Source: Candidatus Latescibacterota bacterium
GTDB lineage: Bacteria > Krumholzibacteriota > Krumholzibacteriia > WVZY01 > JAKEHA01
NCBI GenBank assembly: GCA_963707635.1
Contig: OY970173.1
Location: 448,001 to 512,000 of the forward strand
Direction of reading: 5' to 3'
Length of the DNA stretch: 64,000 nucleotides
Shown piece after piece: positions 57,929 to 64,000 of this stretch. The notes under the pieces were generated by a model that saw nothing but the letters and a program-made list of their open reading frames with translations, made no database searches and was not told where the DNA came from. The position numbers and the translations under genes were made by a program. Each line of letters starts with the position of its first letter. Position 1 is the stretch's first letter.

Positions 57929-58312
57929 ATGCCAGTCGCCATCCATATCGAGCCCGACCACCGCGTGGTGACCTTCGAGTGCGACGGCCGCGTCGGCTTC
58001 GAAGACGTGCGCAGCGCCTTTCAGGGCATGTTCGCCGACCCCAGGTTCGAACCCGGCATCAACGCGCTGTGGGATCTGCGCCGCGCGTCGATCGGCGTGC
58101 GCATGCAGGAGATTCCGGATCTGCTGGGCATGATATCGGAGCGGCAGCGCGAGCGCGGCAAGGACTACCGCGTGGCGATTCTGGTCGCCGGGAGCCCCGA
58201 CTTCGGTTTGTCGACGATGTTCGAGATGAGCGCGCACGCGATGCCGTTCTCGGTCAGGGTGTTTCGCAGCCACACGGACGCGGCGAAGTGGCTGGGAGGG
58301 GAAGAGGTCTAG
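57929..58312 (+). CDS. Small STAS/SpoIIAA-like hypothetical protein
   Basis: LWDLR, RVAILV....FGLS.MF, VFRS..DA.KWL pattern. Confidence 0.6.
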   Translation: MPVAIHIEPDHRVVTFECDGRVGFEDVRSAFQGMFADPRFEPGINALWDLRRASIGVRMQEIPDLLGMISERQRERGKDYRVAILVAGSPDFGLSTMFEMSAHAMPFSVRVFRSHTDAAKWLGGEEV

Positions 58313-58732
58313 ATGCGCGGCGGCCGATGGATCCGCGCGGGCGCCATCGGGCTCCTGATCGTGGCAGCGCTCCACGCCGTGGGGCATTTCAGCGGCGGCC
58401 CCCCCGACCCCGCCGCAGCCGCACTCGAGAGATCCATGCGCGACTACCACTACGAGATCATGGGCATGCACCCCAGCGCGCACGACATCACCCAGTCGCT
58501 GAGCCTCACCATGACCGTGCTGCTGCTGTTCGCGGGCACGATCGACCTCGCGCTGTTCGGCGCGGTCGCGACCAACCCACGGGCGATGCGGCGACTGGCG
58601 TTTATCAACGTCCTCGGGGTCGCCGCGCTGGTCGCGGTGTTTGCATACTATCGCATTCCTCCGCCGTTCGTCACGCTCGCCATCGTCGGCGTGCTTTTCA
58701 CGATTGGTCTTGCGCGTACGCCGAAGACGTAG
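58313..58732 (+). CDS. Hypothetical membrane protein
   Basis: Four hydrophobic segments; adjacent co-directional ORF. Confidence 0.65.
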   Translation: MRGGRWIRAGAIGLLIVAALHAVGHFSGGPPDPAAAALERSMRDYHYEIMGMHPSAHDITQSLSLTMTVLLLFAGTIDLALFGAVATNPRAMRRLAFINVLGVAALVAVFAYYRIPPPFVTLAIVGVLFTIGLARTPKT

Positions 58733-58744
58733 GGAAATTCCGAA

Positions 58745-58773
58745 TTGGCAGCACCGGGAGCGCATGATAGTAT
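58745..58773 (+). promoter_or_regulatory. Sigma70-type promoter, probably leaderless
   Basis: TTGGCA-17bp-TAGTAT with TGn extension, 6 nt before ATG 58780. Confidence 0.65.
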
Positions 58774-58779
58774 CGAGCC

Positions 58780-59793
58780 ATGAAGGCGGAGACGGATGTC
58801 ATGACCGGCCGGACCACGAGCGCGTTGAACACCCCCGTTACTTCGTTTCTCCGTCACCACTTTCGCCATTTCAACGCAGCCGCCCTGATCGACGCGGCCG
58901 ACGCGTACCGGCGCCACCTCGACGGCGGCGGCAAGATGCTGGTGACGATCGCGGGGGCGATGAGCACGGCGGAACTCGGGATCTCGCTCGCGGAGATGAT
59001 CCGGCGCGGCAAAATTCACGCCATTTCGTGCACCGGCGCGAATCTGGAAGAAGACCTCTACAATCTCATTGCACACGACTTCTACGAGCGCATCCCTCAT
59101 TATCGGGATCTCACTCCCAACGACGAGAAGGCGCTGCTGCAACGGCACCTGAATCGGGTCACCGACACCTGTATTCCGGAAGAAGAGGCCATGCGCAGAC
59201 TCGAGGCCGCGGTGATGGAAGAATGGAAGCGCGCCGACAGCAAGGGTGAGCGCTACTTCCCGCACGAGTTCCTCTTCAAGGTCGTCCGTTCCGGCGCCCT
59301 CAAGAAGCACTATCAGATCGACCCGAAGGATTCGTGGATCGTGGCCGCGGCGGAGAAGAACCTGCCGATGGTGGTCCCGGGCTGGGAGGATTCCACGCTG
59401 GGCAACATGTTCGCGGCATCGTGCATCCGCGGCGACGTGAAACCGTCCGCGATGCGCTCGGGTATCGAGTACATGGTCGACCTGGCGAACTGGTACACGT
59501 CGACCGCGTCCACGGCGTCGATCGGCTTTTTCCAGCTCGGCGGCGGGATCGCGGGCGATTTCCCCATCTGCGTGGTGCCCATGATTCACCAGGACCTCCG
59601 CCGCGAGACCCGGGTGTGGGGCTATTTCTGTCAGATCAGCGATTCGACCACGAGCTACGGCTCCTATTCGGGGGCGGTCCCCAACGAGAAGATCACGTGG
59701 GGCAAGCTCGAAGTCGACACGCCTCGCTTCGTCATTGAATCCGACGCCACCATCGTCGCGCCCCTGATTTTCGCGATCGTTCTGGACTGGTAA
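58780..59793 (+). CDS. Deoxyhypusine synthase-like protein (polyamine metabolism)
   Basis: AGAMSTAELG, CTGANLEED, NRVTD, EDSTLG, GGGIAGDF, GSYSGA.PNEKITWGK, ESDATIVAP. Confidence 0.9.
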   Translation: MKAETDVMTGRTTSALNTPVTSFLRHHFRHFNAAALIDAADAYRRHLDGGGKMLVTIAGAMSTAELGISLAEMIRRGKIHAISCTGANLEEDLYNLIAHDFYERIPHYRDLTPNDEKALLQRHLNRVTDTCIPEEEAMRRLEAAVMEEWKRADSKGERYFPHEFLFKVVRSGALKKHYQIDPKDSWIVAAAEKNLPMVVPGWEDSTLGNMFAASCIRGDVKPSAMRSGIEYMVDLANWYTSTASTASIGFFQLGGGIAGDFPICVVPMIHQDLRRETRVWGYFCQISDSTTSYGSYSGAVPNEKITWGKLEVDTPRFVIESDATIVAPLIFAIVLDW

Positions 59794-59826
59794 GACATCG
59801 TTTGAATCGGGCCGTGCCACGATTCC

Positions 59827-60243
59827 ATGGCCATCGCTGAAGCACCTCGTTTTCCGCTCGCGGCTATTCTGCTGACGGCGATTCTGGTCGCCGCCCCCGG
59901 TTGCGGGGGCTCCGGCGACCTTCCACTCGACCAGGTGGACCCCGCCGCCGCCCCCGCCGTCCCGACCTACGACCAGGTCTATGCGATCCTGCAACGCGCG
60001 TGCGTGCCCTGCCACAGCGGCGGCGGCGAAGCGCCGGTGACGCAATCGGCCTACTCGCCGCAAGAGGACGGCGAGGATCTGAACCTCGAGAACTGCGTCG
60101 ACATCGTCGCACAGCGCGACGGCATCCTGGAAACGATCGACAACAACACCATGCCCACCGGTGCGCTGCCGCGCCTGACCAGCGTGGAGAAGCTCCTGAT
60201 TCGCCGCTGGGTCGAACAGGGAGCGGTGGCGCCGTGCAACTGA
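59827..60243 (+). CDS. Monoheme c-type cytochrome lipoprotein
   Basis: Lipobox-like AAPGC; CVPCH; distal MP; IRRWVEQGA. Confidence 0.78.
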   Translation: MAIAEAPRFPLAAILLTAILVAAPGCGGSGDLPLDQVDPAAAPAVPTYDQVYAILQRACVPCHSGGGEAPVTQSAYSPQEDGEDLNLENCVDIVAQRDGILETIDNNTMPTGALPRLTSVEKLLIRRWVEQGAVAPCN

Positions 60244-61655
60244 AACGCGCCGCGGTCACCCTCCTGGCGGCGGCGTGGTCGGTGCTCGCGGGTGCCGGCA
60301 ACGGGCACGCGACTCCCATGTACGCCGCCCGGGAAGGCCGCGCGTGCGACAACTGCCACGTGTCACCCAACAAGTGGGAGAACCCGAAACTTTCGAATCG
60401 CAAGTGCAGCATGGCGTGCCAGACGTGCCACGTGGATCCGGCGGGCGGGGGCATGCGAACGGTGACGGGTCACTTCTTCGGCCGGGCCACGCTCCCGATG
60501 ATCGCAATCAGTCCGCGCCCGACCGCCGACTGGGACCGCAACCTCCCGCTGCTCGGCCGGCGCGACCGCGCCACCAGCTACAATTCGAACCTCCCCTATG
60601 GGCCCGCGACGCTGGAGGCGTCGCGCGCGTACCAGGATTCGATCCACGACCTCGCCGCGTGGGGCAAGCCGCGCGGAGAATCGATCCACGAACCGTTCCA
60701 GGGCCGCTACGGCGAGTTGCGCGCCGACCCCGTGCTCCGCATCGGGAGCGACCTTCGCTTCGCCACGCTCTTTTCCAAGTCGACGCTCGCGTTTCCCATG
60801 CAGTTCGACGTCAACGCGATGCTGCACCCGGTGCACCACGCCGCGGGGCTGGTGAACGTCGGCGTCCGCGGTCAATCGAGCGGGTATTCGGCGACGTTCG
60901 ACGACTCGCACACGCCGTACTTTCGCGAGCTGTTCGTCATGACCCACGAGTGGCCCTACCAGGTCTACGCGAAGGTGGGGCGCTTCGTGCCGTCGTACGG
61001 GCTGCGGCTCGACGACCACACCAACCGCATCCGGCGCGAATTCGAGCTGGACGGGTCGCTGCCGGAGTCGCGCGTCACTGGCGTGGAAGTCGGCGCGGCG
61101 CCGAACTATCCGTTCGTGCAGGCGTCGTGGTTTCGCATGAACTCGAAGTACTCGGTCCCGGACGCGTGGGATATCTTCGACCTCGACGACGGCTGGGGCG
61201 CCGCGCTGAATGTCGGCTATCGCGAGTTGGGATGGAGCGTCGGGGCGAGCGCGCTGGCGCGGCGCCGGCCGCTGGACGAGGGCGGCGACACCGATACCTA
61301 TGGCGTCTACGCCGCCTTCAATCCGTGGTTCTATCGGCGGAAGATTCCCCTCACGTTGCAGGGCGAGGTCGACACGGGCACCTACCAGCGCGCGAGTGGC
61401 GCGCAGGCGAATCACCTCGTGTGGTACGGCGAAGTCGACTGGGTGGTGTGGAACGGCGTCAATCTGCTGTTTGCCTACGACTGGGACGATCCCGACCGCG
61501 ACGTGGTGGACGACCACTCGGGGCGCTATCAATTCGGCGTCCAGCTGATTCCGTATCCCGGCGTCACCCTGGACGCGCGCGTGCGCGCATTGGACGTTGC
61601 CACCGCGAGCGGTGACGGCGCGGATCTGTTTGCCCAATTACATTTCTGGTTCTAG
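60234..61655 (+). CDS. Di-heme cytochrome c fused to outer-membrane beta-barrel (Cyc2-like)
   Basis: Signal peptide; ATPMYAAREGRACDNCH and CQTCHVDPAGGGMR; KVGRF.PSYG; amphipathic strands; terminal QLHFWF. Confidence 0.75.
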   Translation: MQLKRAAVTLLAAAWSVLAGAGNGHATPMYAAREGRACDNCHVSPNKWENPKLSNRKCSMACQTCHVDPAGGGMRTVTGHFFGRATLPMIAISPRPTADWDRNLPLLGRRDRATSYNSNLPYGPATLEASRAYQDSIHDLAAWGKPRGESIHEPFQGRYGELRADPVLRIGSDLRFATLFSKSTLAFPMQFDVNAMLHPVHHAAGLVNVGVRGQSSGYSATFDDSHTPYFRELFVMTHEWPYQVYAKVGRFVPSYGLRLDDHTNRIRREFELDGSLPESRVTGVEVGAAPNYPFVQASWFRMNSKYSVPDAWDIFDLDDGWGAALNVGYRELGWSVGASALARRRPLDEGGDTDTYGVYAAFNPWFYRRKIPLTLQGEVDTGTYQRASGAQANHLVWYGEVDWVVWNGVNLLFAYDWDDPDRDVVDDHSGRYQFGVQLIPYPGVTLDARVRALDVATASGDGADLFAQLHFWF

Positions 61656-61729
61656 GGGCGCATTATGTTGCGACTGATGCGCGGGCGATGCTACGGTTAT
61701 CCCGCGGATCTCAACCCCGTGGAGGAATC

Positions 61730-62401
61730 ATGAAAACATTGACGGTATCGGCACTGGTTATTGTAATCGCGGCCCCGTTCTGGAGCTGTTCGTCCATGAA
61801 CAACGCGCAGAAGGGTGCCGTGGGGGGTGCGGCAGCCGGCGGCACGATGGGCGCGATAATCGGGCACCAGTCCGGCAACACCGCGGTGGGTGCCATTATC
61901 GGCGCCGCGATCGGCGGTGCCGCGGGGGCCTACATCGGCAACTATATGGACAAGCAGGCGGCCGAAATGGAGCGCGACCTGGAGGGTGCCACGGTCGAGC
62001 GCGTCGGCGAAGGCATCAAGATCACTTTCGACTCGGGACTGTTTTTCGACGTGAACAAGGCCGAGCTCAAGCAGGCCAGCCGGGACAACCTCACGAAGCT
62101 GGCGACGATTCTCAACAAGTATCCGGACACCAATATCCTGCTCGAGGGGCACACCGACTCGGACGGTTCGGAAGAATGGAACCTGGAGTTGTCCCGGCTG
62201 CGCGCGCAGTCGGTCTCCAATTTCTTGGCGGCGCAACAGGTCCAGGAGCCGCGTTTCACCATCATGGGGTACGGCGAGGCGCAGCCCGTCGCGAGCAACG
62301 ACACCAGGCAGGGCAAGGCGCAGAATCGTCGTGTCGAAGTCGCGATCTATGCCAACGACAAGTTGAAGAAGACGGCGGAGAAGAAGGCGCAGGCGGGCTA
62401 G
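61730..62401 (+). CDS. OmpA-family lipoprotein with glycine zipper
   Basis: Gly-zipper, YMDKQA.E, GHTDSDG, N.ELS..RA.SV, GYGE.QP, NRRVE; RBS GGAGG. Confidence 0.92.
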   Translation: MKTLTVSALVIVIAAPFWSCSSMNNAQKGAVGGAAAGGTMGAIIGHQSGNTAVGAIIGAAIGGAAGAYIGNYMDKQAAEMERDLEGATVERVGEGIKITFDSGLFFDVNKAELKQASRDNLTKLATILNKYPDTNILLEGHTDSDGSEEWNLELSRLRAQSVSNFLAAQQVQEPRFTIMGYGEAQPVASNDTRQGKAQNRRVEVAIYANDKLKKTAEKKAQAG

Positions 62402-62423
62402 CCAGTCGCATGCGCAGGATCGG

Positions 62424-63074
62424 ATGACGAGAGTGACCGCCCACGAGGCTATCGAACGCACCGCCCGCGAGGTGCTCGCGGACGGTGTGTTTCTTTGTGT
62501 GCGACTCGGATCCGGTGTGCCGTTGGTCGAGGCGTGTCGCGCGGCCGTCCGCGGTGGACTCTCGCTGCTCGAAATCACACTCACCACACCGGGAGCGTTT
62601 CGCGCCATCGAGACGATGGCGAAGGAGGACGGCGTCATCGCGGGTGGCGGGACGGTGCTCACGCCCGAAGACGCACGCCGCGTAGCGGAAGCCGGAGGGC
62701 GCTTCGCGCTTTCGCCCGTGTTTGATCCCGGCGTCGTCGACGAGGCGCACCGGCTGGGGCTACTGGCCGTTCCCGGCACGTCGACACCCACGGAGATTCT
62801 CACCGCGCACCGTCACGGTGCCCGCCTCGTGAAGGTTTTTCCGGCGGCGGCCCTCGGCGGAGCCGCTTACATCCGCGCGGTACGCGGGCCGCTTCCCGAC
62901 ATTCCCCTGGTGCCGACCAACGGGATCACGGCGGAGACGATCGCGGACTACGTTGCCGCCGGAGCGGTGGCGGTCGGAGTCGGCGGCGAGGTCTTCCCGC
63001 CGAACTTCACGCTGGACCACGTCGAAGCCGCCTCACGCCGGATCCGACTCGCGATGGACGCGGCTCGCAAGTAG
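62424..63074 (+). CDS. eda: KDPG/KHG aldolase family protein
   Basis: LEITLTTP, GTVL, FALSP, PG..TPTEI, VKVFPA...GG..YI, P.PDIPLVPT.G. Confidence 0.8.
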   Translation: MTRVTAHEAIERTAREVLADGVFLCVRLGSGVPLVEACRAAVRGGLSLLEITLTTPGAFRAIETMAKEDGVIAGGGTVLTPEDARRVAEAGGRFALSPVFDPGVVDEAHRLGLLAVPGTSTPTEILTAHRHGARLVKVFPAAALGGAAYIRAVRGPLPDIPLVPTNGITAETIADYVAAGAVAVGVGGEVFPPNFTLDHVEAASRRIRLAMDAARK

Positions 63075-63080
63075 CCGCTG

Positions 63081-63269
63081 TCACGCCGGCTTCACGTCTT
63101 CCGGCGGTTCGACCCTCTGCTTGAGAGGTCCTCGGCGCTTGCGCAGCGCCTCGCGCAGCAGGTACTCGATCTGGCCGTTGAGGCTCCGCAGGTCGTCCTT
63201 GGCCCAGCGGTTGAGCTCGTCGAGCAACTCCTCCGGAAGCCTCACCAGATACGATTTTCTCCCGGGCAT
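63081..63269 (-). CDS. Arc-like ribbon-helix-helix DNA-binding protein
   Basis: RKSYLVRL.......L.RWA.DDLRSLNGQIEYLL; directly downstream of SPFH gene. Confidence 0.8.
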   Translation of the reverse strand: MPGRKSYLVRLPEELLDELNRWAKDDLRSLNGQIEYLLREALRKRRGPLKQRVEPPEDVKPA

Positions 63270-63283
63270 TCTCGCTCACGACC

Positions 63284-64000
63284 CTACTGATAGAGCGTTC
63301 CGGTGTTGACGACGGGTTGTGCGGCCTTGTCGCCGCAGAGAACCACCAGCAGATTGCTGACCATGATGGCTTTCTTCTCGTCGTCGAGCTTGACGGTCGC
63401 GTGTCGTTCCAGGCGCTCGAGCGCCATCTCCACCATGCCGACGGCTCCGTCGACAATTCTGGTGCGCGCCGCCACGATGGCTTCCGCCTGCTGGCGCTGC
63501 AGCATCGCCGACGCGATTTCCGGCGCATAAGCGAGATGGCTCAAGCGCGCTTCGTCGATGTGAACGCCGGCCTTGCCCACGCGTTCCTGGAGTTCCTTCG
63601 TCAACGCCTGGGAGACCTCGTCCATGCTGCCGCGCAGGGACGTCTGGCCGTCTTCGGTCGTGTCGTACGGGTAGGCGCTCGCCAGGTGGCGAACGGCCGA
63701 TTCGCTCTGAATGGTGACGTAGTGCACGAACTCATCCACGTCGAAGACCGCCTGTGCGGTATCGACCACGCGCCACACGATGACGACCGCGATCTCGATG
63801 GGATTGCCGCGGGAATCGTTCACCTTGATCTTTTCCGTGTTCAGGTTGCGCGCGCGCAGCGACACGCGGGATTTTACGAAGAACGGATTCGCCCAGTTGA
63901 AGCCATTGGTCTTGGCGGTCCCGGCATACTTGCCGAAGAGCGTCAGTACCGCGGCCATGTTGGGCTGCAGCGTGAAGAACCCGCCGAGCAGCGCCCCCCA
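63284..64000 (-). CDS. SPFH/band-7 domain protein (5' end outside window)
   Basis: [44 protein letters not shown]; frame open to window edge. Confidence 0.88.
   Translation of the reverse strand, partial: WGALLGGFFTLQPNMAAVLTLFGKYAGTAKTNGFNWANPFFVKSRVSLRARNLNTEKIKVNDSRGNPIEIAVVIVWRVVDTAQAVFDVDEFVHYVTIQSESAVRHLASAYPYDTTEDGQTSLRGSMDEVSQALTKELQERVGKAGVHIDEARLSHLAYAPEIASAMLQRQQAEAIVAARTRIVDGAVGMVEMALERLERHATVKLDDEKKAIMVSNLLVVLCGDKAAQPVVNTGTLYQ

Overview
A 64-kb GC-rich bacterial chromosomal segment that contains the replication origin. DnaA-box clusters lie on both sides of dnaA, and a DnaA-trio/AT-rich unwinding element lies between dnaA and dnaN. The core gene order is dnaA-dnaN-recF-dciA-gyrB, then about 6 kb of inserted genes, then gyrA-rex. 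The organism is a diderm (outer-membrane barrels, OmpA). A FlgD/T9SS-type C-terminal domain and the futalosine pathway suggest an FCB-related lineage such as Latescibacterota, Krumholzibacteriota or Eisenbacteria; this is inference. The rest of the window holds hflX, envelope and glycosylation genes, exported Msr enzymes and dispersed futalosine menaquinone genes (mqnA x2, mqnE, frameshifted mqnC, ubiA/ubiX/ubiD-like). It also holds a six-gene Ni-less hydrogenase-like (Ehr/Hyf-like) complex nested among the mqn genes, and a lipoprotein cytochrome c + di-heme Cyc2-like cytochrome-porin + OmpA cluster. I saw no rRNA, tRNA, CRISPR array or transposase. The most notable non-coding signals are: an ungapped 80-bp promoter module shared by the two separated gyrase transcription units; a phased ATTGTCAA array; a family of ~98-bp hairpin repeats placed just after stop codons; a CTG start for hflX; and many apparently leaderless genes. 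All product calls come from motif recognition by eye, not from database searches.
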